A stretch of 64,000 nt of DNA from Candidatus Thorarchaeota archaeon SMTZ1-45 (GTDB taxonomy: Archaea; Asgardarchaeota; Thorarchaeia; Thorarchaeales; Thorarchaeaceae): NCBI GenBank assembly GCA_001563335.1, contig LRSL01000069.1, positions 96,001 to 160,000 on the forward strand, written 5' to 3'. Within the stretch, counting starts at the first letter, position 1; the number at the start of each line of letters is the position of its first letter. The translations under genes were made by a program, and so were the position numbers. Positions 19,818 through 29,622 of this stretch are shown piece after piece. Under the pieces are notes generated by a model. The model saw nothing but the letters and a program-made list of their open reading frames with translations. It did no database searches and was not told the DNA's origin.

Positions 19818-22175
19818 TTAACTAATTAATTTTGCACCTGCAACGACAACTTGTCCAATTGAAATTCCACCGTCACCTGGTGGTACATTGAGATGTATCA
19901 GTGGTTTAAGATTCTCTTTCTTTATTTGATCAATAACTGCCTTTGTGATAATCCGATTAAGAGCAACACCTCCAGAAAAACCAACATACTTTAGACTCTT
20001 CTCTTTAGCTACAGAACAAGCAATATCAGCCAATGAGTTCCCAAGATACCACTGTGCAGCATAAGCAATCTCTTCCTTATTGATACCTTTCTTTCTTAAT
20101 TCAAGAATTTTTATCAAGCCATCTACAATATCTAAATCCAATCCATTTTTCATCGATTTAAATTCAGGAGGGATTCGTAAGTCTGTTTTTCTTGCTACAG
20201 ATTCAAGTTTCATTGGACATTCACCATCGTATGAGTTTTTAGAACAAATACCAAGTATCATTGCCACTGCATCAAGGAATCTTCCAGCACTTGTACTATT
20301 TATTGTGTTTATTCGACGACTAATTGTGTCAAGGATAATATCCAGTGAATCTGTGTCCATATCAATTTCAGGTCCAATTGGTGCTGAACCAACAATTTTT
20401 AGAATCTCGTTTTTCTCTAAAGACTCACTTAGAATTCCTGTAACGGACCTTGCTGCATAAATTGCTGAGAGATCTCCACCAGGATAGTTCACATTTCTGA
20501 GACCGCCTGCTCTTTTGAATTCTCTAAGGTCACCTAGTAATATTTCTCCTCCCCACCCAGTATTATCCATGCTCAAACCATAGCCATCTGCTGTAATACA
20601 AACAATACTTGTATCAATTCCCAAATTATGATCTGCAATCATAGATGCAAGGTGCGCATGATGATGCTGTACTCGAAAGAGTGGAATATCTTGATCAATA
20701 CTCATTTGCTCTGCAAATTCAGTAGTCAAAAAATCAGGATGGTAATCACATGCAATCCCATCGAGCTCGTTTACATCAAGAAGATGAAGAAGATGCTTTA
20801 TAGCATCAGACAGAAATTCCAAACTTTCAACTCGATTAATATCACCAATATGCTGAGTTGGATAAATTCTTCCTGATTTCAAAACAGAAGCTGTTACCTT
20901 TTCCTCAGGACCAACACCAACTATTTCAATAGATTTCCAGAAATCCGTTAATTGAAGTGGATCTGGAACATATCCTCTTGCTCGTCGTAAAAAGACTGGT
21001 TTGTTGTTGTCCACAAATTTGACAACAGAATCATCAGCTCTTTGGTAAATTCTACGATTATGAATCAGAGAATAATCAACTATGTCCTTGAGCTCAGAAA
21101 CAATAACCTCAGGTTCAATATACATTGGTACACCCGTAGGGTTTGCACTTGTCATTATCAAAGCAGGCTCATTTGTATATTGAAATAAAAGATGATGAAT
21201 AGGTGCATAAGGTAGCATAACCCCAATAGTATCAAGACCTGGTGCGATAACATCTTGCACATCATCTGGAACCACCTCTGATTCTGTTTTCTTTTGTAAA
21301 AGGACTATAGGTCTTCGCCAAGATTCCAAGAGTTCTCGTTGCATATCAGTAAAATATACAAACTGTTCTAGGACTGAAAGATTTCTTACCATTATTGCAA
21401 AAGGGCGCTGGGATCTTTTTTTCCTTTGTCTTAAAGTTTCAATTGCTCTAGAACTGGATGTCTTTGTTGCAATATGAGTTCCTCCAATACCCTGTATCGC
21501 AATTACTCTATTCTTGTCAAGCATTTGCATAATATATTGTACAGGATTATCTGTTTCAATCTGAATTCCGTTTGCATTAACTACCCTATAGAGAGGTCCA
21601 CAATTTTTACAAGCAGTTGTTTGAGCATGATAACGTCTATCGATAGGATTTGTATAACCTGTATTACAAGTATCACAAAGAGGGAAATCAATCATAGTTG
21701 TGTTTGGTCGGTCATATGGAAGATTTGTTATAGTCGAGAATCTTGGTCCACAAGCTGCACATGATGTAAATGGATATCTATACCATCGAGATTCCTGAGA
21801 TAACAAATCTTCAATACAATTATCACATATCGCAATATCTGGCGGCAAAATAGGGATAGATCCTTCTGTTCGTGTTTCTAAGGATTTTCTTATTTCAAAT
21901 GATGTAAATGAATCAGTGCTATTAGTCCAATTAACAGAAATCGAATCAATACGCGAAATAGATGGAGGACTTTTCTTAATAGTATCAATCAATTTTTTGA
22001 TATCAGATTTTTGTCCTTCTACAACAATCTTTACTCCCGCATCACCCAAATTAAGAACAAATCCTGTGAGCAAGAGAGACTCAGCAATATTATACACAAA
22101 TGGTCTAAAGCCAACTCCCTGAACTATTCCTGTCACATGAATATCAGCTCTTTTCTTCACAGATGAAGACACCAT
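19818..22175 (-). CDS. hypF: [NiFe]-hydrogenase maturation carbamoyltransferase
   Basis: GIVQGVGFRPF acylphosphatase domain, CxxC zinc fingers, QHHHAH, PPGDGGISIGQ. Confidence 0.97.
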   Translation of the reverse strand: MVSSSVKKRADIHVTGIVQGVGFRPFVYNIAESLLLTGFVLNLGDAGVKIVVEGQKSDIKKLIDTIKKSPPSISRIDSISVNWTNSTDSFTSFEIRKSLETRTEGSIPILPPDIAICDNCIEDLLSQESRWYRYPFTSCAACGPRFSTITNLPYDRPNTTMIDFPLCDTCNTGYTNPIDRRYHAQTTACKNCGPLYRVVNANGIQIETDNPVQYIMQMLDKNRVIAIQGIGGTHIATKTSSSRAIETLRQRKKRSQRPFAIMVRNLSVLEQFVYFTDMQRELLESWRRPIVLLQKKTESEVVPDDVQDVIAPGLDTIGVMLPYAPIHHLLFQYTNEPALIMTSANPTGVPMYIEPEVIVSELKDIVDYSLIHNRRIYQRADDSVVKFVDNNKPVFLRRARGYVPDPLQLTDFWKSIEIVGVGPEEKVTASVLKSGRIYPTQHIGDINRVESLEFLSDAIKHLLHLLDVNELDGIACDYHPDFLTTEFAEQMSIDQDIPLFRVQHHHAHLASMIADHNLGIDTSIVCITADGYGLSMDNTGWGGEILLGDLREFKRAGGLRNVNYPGGDLSAIYAARSVTGILSESLEKNEILKIVGSAPIGPEIDMDTDSLDIILDTISRRINTINSTSAGRFLDAVAMILGICSKNSYDGECPMKLESVARKTDLRIPPEFKSMKNGLDLDIVDGLIKILELRKKGINKEEIAYAAQWYLGNSLADIACSVAKEKSLKYVGFSGGVALNRIITKAVIDQIKKENLKPLIHLNVPPGDGGISIGQVVVAGAKLIS

Positions 22176-22309
22176 GATGTTTCGTAACCAATCTCGATAT
22201 TAATCCAATGAAGTGACAAAATCAATATTGTATTACAAGAAATACCAATTCTGTGTTAACTCTTTATAGGTCCTCTTAAGGTTCCTGTAGGAAAAAAGAT
22301 TGAGCTGCC

Positions 22310-22726
22310 TTGACAATCCGAACAGACCAATCCCGATCTCTGATGCAAGAACCTGATGTTACTCCTTCAATATTGGCATCTGTACCCGAGTGTCTGAGAG
22401 ATGTTCTCAAAGAATCAATTAGTCAAAAAGGAAGAGGAAGAAAATCTGTCTTAATCTCCAGTAATAATCTCACTAACAGATTCATCTTTTCAAGATGGGG
22501 CATACGACCTTCGCAACGAAGACGATACAAGAATCTCTTCGCTTCTGTAAGAAAACAAAGCCGAGTGGTATTTCAACATTTTCTCTTACGTGGTCGAATT
22601 GAGTGGATCGATGATTCTGGGAAAAATGTCTTTGGGATTTACAAATTTGATGAGATTAGAGGGAATTTGATTCTAGGATTTGTTATGATTACGCCTGAAT
22701 CAGAATGGACTCTCTCAAACAGATAG
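22310..22726 (+). CDS. Hypothetical basic protein
   Basis: 138-aa ORF filling the gap; no motif recognised. Confidence 0.6.
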   Translation: MTIRTDQSRSLMQEPDVTPSILASVPECLRDVLKESISQKGRGRKSVLISSNNLTNRFIFSRWGIRPSQRRRYKNLFASVRKQSRVVFQHFLLRGRIEWIDDSGKNVFGIYKFDEIRGNLILGFVMITPESEWTLSNR

Positions 22727-22959
22727 TCATCATTTTTTCCACTTTGTAATACAAATATTCCATTATTGACTGACTGAAAATTACTTAAGACTCTAGATAC
22801 TCTATTGTATACAAAATTGTATCCACCCATTGGGACTTGTGAACTGTTCTAGAAAAAGACATTATAATGCTCTATTTGTAATTTAAAGAGCTCTAATGAC
22901 TGATACCAGACACATCTCTAACAAGCTCCAAACATGGATATCCAAAGTGGTAGTTAGAC

Positions 22960-23508
22960 TTGCAATTCAAAAATACTCGACAAACTTCTGATAAGAAAGT
23001 AATGAAACAATTGGCAATTGGAACACGACACGTACTAAAAGAGCCAATTCTAAAGAAGCTTCAAGAAGGATCTGTGCTAAGTGAAGTTCAATTAGAAACT
23101 CTCCTTATCGATTTGGTTTTAGAAGACAGTCTGGGATCACATATCACATATGAAGATAAAGCAACAATCCGAACAAAATATGGGACCAGGTCTCGTGGCG
23201 TTTCAAGAGGGGCATTCAATAGAACTTTGAATCAGGCTCGTCGAAACTTATCCCGTTGTTTTTACACTATGTTGTTACTAGCATACTTAGGTCTCTTTGA
23301 ATTAACAATATTTCGTCCTTTCGAAGAAGTTGCTGCTCGTATAGGTGATTACAGAAGAATCCGCGATATTCTCGCTGGAAAAGTTGAGCTAACAACAGAA
23401 GAACTCGAAAGCATTAGAGCTACTGAAAGAACAATCATGGCTGCACTTGACGAGCTTTCATCCTCACTAGCGCTTAAATCAGAGATATCCAAAAAGAAGT
23501 CTGATTAA
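22960..23508 (+). CDS. Hypothetical protein with HTH-like segment
   Basis: LSEVQLETL...RGVSRGAFNRTLNQARRN resembles sigma-4/Tfx-type HTH. Confidence 0.6.
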   Translation: MQFKNTRQTSDKKVMKQLAIGTRHVLKEPILKKLQEGSVLSEVQLETLLIDLVLEDSLGSHITYEDKATIRTKYGTRSRGVSRGAFNRTLNQARRNLSRCFYTMLLLAYLGLFELTIFRPFEEVAARIGDYRRIRDILAGKVELTTEELESIRATERTIMAALDELSSSLALKSEISKKKSD

Positions 23509-23531
23509 TCAACAAAGAAAGAAAGCGGCTC

Positions 23532-23715
23532 GAGCGTGTCGCACCAAGGAGCAATCCAACGTATTTGAGCACAGTCCTTCTCCAGCACTCAAGCAACCAT
23601 TTAGGTCATCCTGGAGGTTTGTTTGAGGAGATAGAGATGACAATGACGAGTGCCTGAAACGTCGGAAAGGTGTGTCCTATCCACGTCGGCTTACTTGCCA
23701 TTGCACGACACACTC
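23532..23715 (-). ncRNA. Candidate structured non-coding RNA (~184 nt)
   Basis: GC-rich intergenic island closed by GAGTGTGTCG/CGACACGCTC stem; internal hairpins with G-U pairs favour the minus strand; TATA-like element upstream and T-rich tract downstream. Confidence 0.55.
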
Positions 23716-23914
23716 ATATTATACATGGTAACAATTATACATAGTTCTATTCTTAGAACGGGAATTTTCGTCATATTTTCATGTTCTATTTGGCGCTTAA
23801 TCAAACAAATTGATACATGTATTACAATTTATACAATTTTGAATACCCGAAGAAACCTTAATCGTAATCTCATGGTGACAATAGATTGTACACCATACCA
23901 GTAGTGATGACAAC

Positions 23915-25165
23915 TTGGTTGATGATAATAGTCGTGATAGAATCTTCAAAGCAGTCAGGCAACGTATCAAAGAAACTGACGAAATAGAAAGAATACAGGT
24001 CATGGCAAATGCAATTGGAGATCGTCGTTACAGAGACCTAGTAGATATAGTTTCTAGAATTGAAAGTGAAGAAGGCTGGTCCACAGCGCTTGAATACCTA
24101 CTGAAAGCACAACATCAAAAGTATTCATCACCATTTATCATTGGTCAAGACAAAACAAACCTGGAAGAGTTGAAGTATCGAGAGATGGTATTCGAACTAT
24201 TATCATGTAAAGGACTAGAACCAATCACCCCAGGAACAACTGATCTTCTGAAGAATCTGGACCAAGAATCCTCACTTATTGATGCTTCCCGTGTTTTTAT
24301 AGACATTGTAGAAAAGTTAGCTATTGAACAAATACATACTGATGACACACTATTCTTTGACTTCTCTTATAATATTTCAATCTCTAAAGAAACTGTGAAA
24401 ATCTTAGATCAAGTCAGAAACAAGAATATTCATACCATCTCTCTTGAAAGGAAGGAAGAACAATTCAATATCGAACCTCTATGGTACACTGAGTATGGTC
24501 GACTTGCCTTGTCAACACTCGGAATCAAAGGTTTTGTAGTGAACACTGACACATTTGATAGTATACTATCAATAATACAAGTGCCTAGTCTTATTAGAAC
24601 AAAGAATGTCAATAAATTCTCTTTCAAGAGTAAAAAGAGAGATTCGTGGACTCGCCCCACAAATCAAACATACAAAAATCTACTGGATTATCTTATTCAT
24701 CATGATGTGAATAACTTAGGCTTACTAGGAAGTAGACACTCTATACCACTACTAAATATTCTGCTTGATGGAGCTTCTTCCACATATGAAAATTTACAGT
24801 CTTCAAGTGGTTACAGAGAGATACTCAATTGTATGAATGCACATCTCTCTGTTCGTGATATTGAATCAATTCTTGTTTTAGAAAAATCATCACAAATGAA
24901 GAACACACGGATTGCGACAATGGCAATTCTAGCTATTGGTAGCTTTTATCATGAATCATCTGCTACGACACTTGTAGATTTGTTGTGTAAAAGTAAAAAC
25001 AATGAGATAGAGGAAGCTGCTACAAAGGCACTTGAAAGTGTCTACAAAAGATGTCCTGAGGCTGATTATATTATTACTACTTCATTAAACAATGAATGCA
25101 AAAATCGCAGAAAACTAACCAACCTATATCGGCGTCTAAGCAAAGAAAAACCATTGTATTATTAG
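23915..25165 (+). CDS. Hypothetical protein with C-terminal HEAT-like repeats
   Basis: IATMAILAIGSF...LVDLL...IEEAATKALESV. Confidence 0.65.
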   Translation: MVDDNSRDRIFKAVRQRIKETDEIERIQVMANAIGDRRYRDLVDIVSRIESEEGWSTALEYLLKAQHQKYSSPFIIGQDKTNLEELKYREMVFELLSCKGLEPITPGTTDLLKNLDQESSLIDASRVFIDIVEKLAIEQIHTDDTLFFDFSYNISISKETVKILDQVRNKNIHTISLERKEEQFNIEPLWYTEYGRLALSTLGIKGFVVNTDTFDSILSIIQVPSLIRTKNVNKFSFKSKKRDSWTRPTNQTYKNLLDYLIHHDVNNLGLLGSRHSIPLLNILLDGASSTYENLQSSSGYREILNCMNAHLSVRDIESILVLEKSSQMKNTRIATMAILAIGSFYHESSATTLVDLLCKSKNNEIEEAATKALESVYKRCPEADYIITTSLNNECKNRRKLTNLYRRLSKEKPLYY

Positions 25166-25227
25166 TAATACATAAAATACTAACTCTGACGACAAACATA
25201 AATCACACTCAACTCTGGCGTGCAAGT

Positions 25228-26613
25228 ATGAAAAGTTTTGAAACTGAGCTATTCAAGAACATAGATCTATTCTTCAATCCAAAGAGAGTCGCTCTTGTTG
25301 GCGCGTCCACAGATTACAGAAAGCTTGGTAATTCAATACTTATGAATCTATTAACATCTGAAATTGAAGTCTTCCCAATAACACGTAATACAGAACGAGT
25401 CTTAGGTGTACAAGCCTACAAGAGTCTTAGTGATTTACCAAAACCTGTTGATTTAGTTATAGTCGCAGTTGCTGCTAAATACTGTTCATCACTTATGCCT
25501 GAAATAAGAAAAGCTGGTGCAAGAAACGCAGTAATAATTTCAGGTGGTTTCAGTGAAGCAGGTCCTGAAGGCGCAGAATTAGAAAAGAATCTTGTAAAAG
25601 CTGCTCGAGAAGCAGGAGTTCGTATACTTGGTCCAAATTGTGTTGGTATTTCTAATACTCGTTTGTTCAATGGTACATTCACGATGATGCCAGAACGTGG
25701 CAATATTGCATTTGTTTCTCAAAGCGGAGCTCTTGGAGGAATGATTATCTATACTACTAGAGCGAAGAGAATTGGGATGAGCAAGTTTGCCAGCATTGGT
25801 AATTCTGCAGATATTGGATTTGTTGAAATTCTTAATTACTTCAGAGAAGATTCAAAATCGTCAGTCATTGCCGCTTATATTGAGGGCATTAATGAAGGTC
25901 GAACTCTTTTCGAGTCACTGCAAAAAGCAGCCAAAGTAAAACCCGTAGTCATATTAAAAGGTGGGCGAAGTGAAGAAGGTGGTCGTGCCACTCAATCACA
26001 TACTGGATCCTTAGCTGGTTCTACCAAACTATTTGATGCAATGATACGCCAAGCTGGTTGTGTTACTGCACCAACATTGGATACCTTATTTGAAATTTGC
26101 AAACTCTTTGATTATCAACCCAAACCAAAAGGAAATCGTATTGGCATTATTAGTAATACAGGAGGTGCAGGAGTTCTTGCCACTGATGCCGCATCAAACT
26201 TAAACCTTCAAATTGCTCGTCTTGACGAAGAAACAAGAGAAGAGCTTAAACAAGTTCTTCCACCAATGGCTTCTACCAATAATCCAATTGATGTTGTGGC
26301 TAGTGGAGGTAGAAGAGAATATAGGATAGCTACTGAACTCCTGTTGAAAGACTCTAATGTCGACATACTACTTGTTATATGCGCAGTTCCAACTTTTGCA
26401 GGAATGACACAGACAGAACATGCAGCAGGAACTCTAGAAGGTGTCCGCTCTGTTTCAATAGATAAACCAATTATAGGAGTATGGTTAGCCGGAGATGTTG
26501 GCAAACCAGGAAAAGATCTTTTAGAAATGAATAAGATACCTTGCTACGATGACCCTGCGCAAGCCGCACTTTGTATTGCAAGAGTAGCTGAATATGCAAT
26601 CATGCATCGTTAA
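25228..26613 (+). CDS. acdA: ADP-forming acyl-CoA synthetase alpha subunit
   Basis: FFNPKRVALVGAS, GPNCVG, SQSGALG, SHTGSLAG phospho-His motif, NPIDV. Confidence 0.92.
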   Translation: MKSFETELFKNIDLFFNPKRVALVGASTDYRKLGNSILMNLLTSEIEVFPITRNTERVLGVQAYKSLSDLPKPVDLVIVAVAAKYCSSLMPEIRKAGARNAVIISGGFSEAGPEGAELEKNLVKAAREAGVRILGPNCVGISNTRLFNGTFTMMPERGNIAFVSQSGALGGMIIYTTRAKRIGMSKFASIGNSADIGFVEILNYFREDSKSSVIAAYIEGINEGRTLFESLQKAAKVKPVVILKGGRSEEGGRATQSHTGSLAGSTKLFDAMIRQAGCVTAPTLDTLFEICKLFDYQPKPKGNRIGIISNTGGAGVLATDAASNLNLQIARLDEETREELKQVLPPMASTNNPIDVVASGGRREYRIATELLLKDSNVDILLVICAVPTFAGMTQTEHAAGTLEGVRSVSIDKPIIGVWLAGDVGKPGKDLLEMNKIPCYDDPAQAALCIARVAEYAIMHR

Positions 26614-26668
26614 CTCTTGAACTATCTATTCTTGAATCCTAATATCAATATTACAATTGATTTACTTT

Positions 26669-26971
26669 CTATGACTCAAGATATTCTTCAGCAATCTGTG
26701 GGAACTCCTGCACAACCGCTTCTCGGAGCTGTTTCTCTACCCACATACTCAAGTTAATTGCCTTTGATTTTCTGATCGCTTTCAAACAAGCTCTGAGATC
26801 AGTTGGAATAGAGAAAGAAACGATTGGACTTTTACGTTCTCTATTTGGAACAGAAGATATGAACTCACTCTGTTCTGCTACTGCTCTAGTTTCTCGAGCT
26901 ATCACCCTTGTTGGTTTTTCCTCTCCCTCTTCTTTTTCCGCTTCTTTTCTATACTTTCCAAGTAAACTCAT
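26669..26971 (-). CDS. Ribbon-helix-helix DNA-binding protein
   Basis: Charged flexible N-terminus, then IVSFSIPTDLRACLKAI...NLSMWVEKQLREAV beta-alpha-alpha pattern; GGAGG SD. Confidence 0.7.
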   Translation of the reverse strand: MSLLGKYRKEAEKEEGEEKPTRVIARETRAVAEQSEFISSVPNRERKSPIVSFSIPTDLRACLKAIRKSKAINLSMWVEKQLREAVVQEFPQIAEEYLES

Positions 26972-26972
26972 T

Positions 26973-27947
26973 CTATTGTACCTCCTTGAGTAATGTTGCA
27001 TATGCTTCAGAAACAAGCTCAGCAATTTCCCTAGTTACCCCTGGATTTCCAGAATTTCTAAAATTCTCAGCAGCTACTTGTTGACATCCACGTGCAAGCA
27101 TCCGTATATCACGTGGATTCCCCTTTGCTGCTACATTAATGACCTTCACTGCGTCTTCAGTGAAGGGATAAACACTGAAATTCTCTGAATCAAAGCTATC
27201 AATTTGTCCTTGTGCATAAGCAATTCGACGACCTATGAATTCCCTTGCTTTCGCATCATTGAGTGGGGGAACATCAAGAGGTTCTGTACGATCCGCGATT
27301 TGCGGCAAGAATGAAAGCATTGCATTCCAATATATCATAGTCCCAGACATAACCAAAGTAAAAATAGGTTCATCAAGAGCTCCTGCATATACATCAATCA
27401 TTTCTTCAGTAGGTAGGTCTGCAAGAAATCTCAGTTTATGAAATGCAGCTTCTTGATTGTCTGCAACATCCTCAATGAATAATGCTGTACGACTTTGTTC
27501 CTCAATATATCTTCGAAGACTTTCTTTCGCAACTGCATCAATAATTTGACTAGACTCCCATGATCTTCGATATTTTATTCTAAGAGAATCAGCTATTGCT
27601 GATGCCATCTGCTTCTCATAAAGACCAGTCATACCAACATAACCTGTTATGAATTTGTTACCCTTACGATCAGCCAATGTTGGTAAATCTCTCAATGCTA
27701 AAAGCATCAGTGTACTCTTACCTGAGCCTACAGGTCCACGAATGAAAACATGACGTTCATTTGTAATAATTAAATCAACAATGGAGTCCAAAAAGTCACT
27801 ATCTTCTATGTACAGACGACTGTCTGGCATTTTGAATCCACGAAATGGTGAGAATCTGGCACCAATCTTTTCCTCCCATGCACGAAGAACCTCTTTGCGT
27901 GTATTGAAGTGACGAATTAGCGCACTCTCATGAATTGCAATTGTCAT
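26973..27947 (-). CDS. ExeA/Cdc6-like AAA+ ATPase
   Basis: GPVGSGKST Walker A, LFIEDV variant Walker B, PFTEDAV...KGNPRDI sensor II; GGAGG SD before ATG at 27947. Confidence 0.8.
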   Translation of the reverse strand: MTIAIHESALIRHFNTRKEVLRAWEEKIGARFSPFRGFKMPDSRLYIEDSDFLDSIVDLIITNERHVFIRGPVGSGKSTLMLLALRDLPTLADRKGNKFITGYVGMTGLYEKQMASAIADSLRIKYRRSWESSQIIDAVAKESLRRYIEEQSRTALFIEDVADNQEAAFHKLRFLADLPTEEMIDVYAGALDEPIFTLVMSGTMIYWNAMLSFLPQIADRTEPLDVPPLNDAKAREFIGRRIAYAQGQIDSFDSENFSVYPFTEDAVKVINVAAKGNPRDIRMLARGCQQVAAENFRNSGNPGVTREIAELVSEAYATLLKEVQ

Positions 27948-28128
27948 TTTGTGGACCTCCAAAGATATGGTATCACAAGTACTTCATGTAATACAATTTT
28001 GAAACAATAGTTTCAGATATAAAATGTATGGTAAACTGCGCCATTCAGACACAACCTTTTTGAAGAGAATGAATAGGCTGGAAGTTCAACTCAAGATTAA
28101 ATATCACAAGTTATAGGAGTAACTTAGT

Positions 28129-28407
28129 ATGGATGTAGATCGGATAAAGCACATCATGAACTCACTAATGATTCTCTCTTTCATGATTTTTGGAGTCTTA
28201 TCAGGAATAATTCTGATAACAGATGTTCCACTGACCAACACATCCGTTTCTTTACCTTTTGCATTTTTATATATCTCCACAGCTACCTTTGTGATTACAG
28301 CTCAAATTAATGAGCGTCCAAAATTAATTCAGAAATATCTTCGAGACTGGTTGATAATCTGTTTCATTGGAATTATCATCAGTGCATTAGCTTTCACATT
28401 TTATTGA
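28129..28407 (+). CDS. Small three-TM membrane protein
   Basis: Three hydrophobic segments; GGAG SD. Confidence 0.65.
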   Translation: MDVDRIKHIMNSLMILSFMIFGVLSGIILITDVPLTNTSVSLPFAFLYISTATFVITAQINERPKLIQKYLRDWLIICFIGIIISALAFTFY

Positions 28408-28473
28408 TACAAACACAAGAGTTTAGAACCACTATGATACACACCCTGCTACCGTACTCTCATAAAAGTGATA

Positions 28474-29112
28474 ATGATGAGTAAGATCCTGCCTGGCACA
28501 AAAACTACTCGCATGGAACTCCTTGCTCTAAAAAATAGAATGAGGTTGGCTGAAAGAGGGCACGATCTTCTCCGAGAGAAACGTGATTCGCTCATAATGG
28601 AATTCTTTAATGCCATAGCAGAGATTAAGGAAGCGAGAGTGAAAGTTGATGTTGCACTTTCAGAAGCTTTCTCAGCCCTTACTCAAGCAAAAATGGTAAT
28701 GGGTCCTGCAAGAGTTGTAGAATTCGCATATGCTAGTAAATTTGAAGCAAACCTTAGTATCTCAACAAGATCAATGATGGGGGTCAGAGTTCCAATCCTA
28801 TCAGTAGAACAACATACTCCTGATCTTCCATATTCTCTCTCAGATTCAAGTGCCAAATTTGATGTTATGAGTGAAAAATTCAAGGAAGCTCTAACCGCAA
28901 TTGTTCGGCTAGCTGAGATTGAATCAACAGTGAAACGACTTGCGCTTGAAATTGAGCGCACAAAACGACGAGTGTCAGCTCTTGAAACTGTTGTAATACC
29001 TCGTCTTGATGCAACAGCACGGTTCGTAAAACTCGCACTTGAAGAACGAGAACGTGAAGACTTTGTAAGGTTAAAGATGGTTCGTGATTGGATTACTCAA
29101 GAGGAAGAATAA
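28474..29112 (+). CDS. atpD: A/V-type ATP synthase subunit D
   Basis: TRMELLALK...GHDLLREKRD, EIERTKRRVSALE...IP, LEEREREDFVRLK. Confidence 0.95.
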   Translation: MMSKILPGTKTTRMELLALKNRMRLAERGHDLLREKRDSLIMEFFNAIAEIKEARVKVDVALSEAFSALTQAKMVMGPARVVEFAYASKFEANLSISTRSMMGVRVPILSVEQHTPDLPYSLSDSSAKFDVMSEKFKEALTAIVRLAEIESTVKRLALEIERTKRRVSALETVVIPRLDATARFVKLALEEREREDFVRLKMVRDWITQEEE

Positions 29113-29141
29113 ATAGAATGTATTATCTGTAATACAATATC

Positions 29142-29534
29142 CTAATGTCTTAACTTTAGAATAGCTGCCGCTAAATCTCCATCAGTTTCTTCCAAAGCCT
29201 GCTTTGCCACTTGAATGTCCACACCTGTTTGACTAGCTACCAATGCCGCATCCTCTATTGGTATCTCAACTTTCTTTTCAACAACATCTTCTGAAGTTGT
29301 TTCAATTTTACTTTCAATCTTTCCAGATATTTGTCTTTCATTTCTTGTACCTGTTACTTGAAAAGATTCACTACCAGCTTGCTTAATCATGGATAGTTGA
29401 ACATTAGAAATGACCCACTCCTTATCATCAAAACGAATTATTACTTCTTTTACACCGTCTATCTCCTTTTGTTCAATACCCATCTTCTTCATCATTCGCG
29501 CCATTTGTTTTGGTGACAGACCTCTAAATCCCAT
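29142..29534 (-). CDS. nac: Nascent polypeptide-associated complex protein
   Basis: MMKKMGI...EVII; C-terminal UBA LVASQTGV...ALEETDGDLAAAI. Confidence 0.95.
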   Translation of the reverse strand: MGFRGLSPKQMARMMKKMGIEQKEIDGVKEVIIRFDDKEWVISNVQLSMIKQAGSESFQVTGTRNERQISGKIESKIETTSEDVVEKKVEIPIEDAALVASQTGVDIQVAKQALEETDGDLAAAILKLRH

Positions 29535-29622
29535 AGGATCATCTCCAATTCTTGATTGAAAGGTGCAGACAATAACCTGTACTTTCTCTCTGTAAATGCT
29601 GGTTTATGAGTCGATAAAACGA

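Noticed and set aside
23532-23715. Identification as RNase P, SRP or telomerase-like RNA
   Set aside because: Lacks GAGGAAxGUCC and the SRP helix-8 motif; resemblance to a template-plus-pseudoknot layout is superficial and no reverse transcriptase is in the window
23650-23904. 84-aa ORF from the six-frame track
   Set aside because: No SD or protein-like features; overlaps the structured RNA candidate and an AT-rich promoter region
28474-29112. atpD detached from the ATP synthase operon
   Set aside because: Split A-ATPase operons are common in archaea
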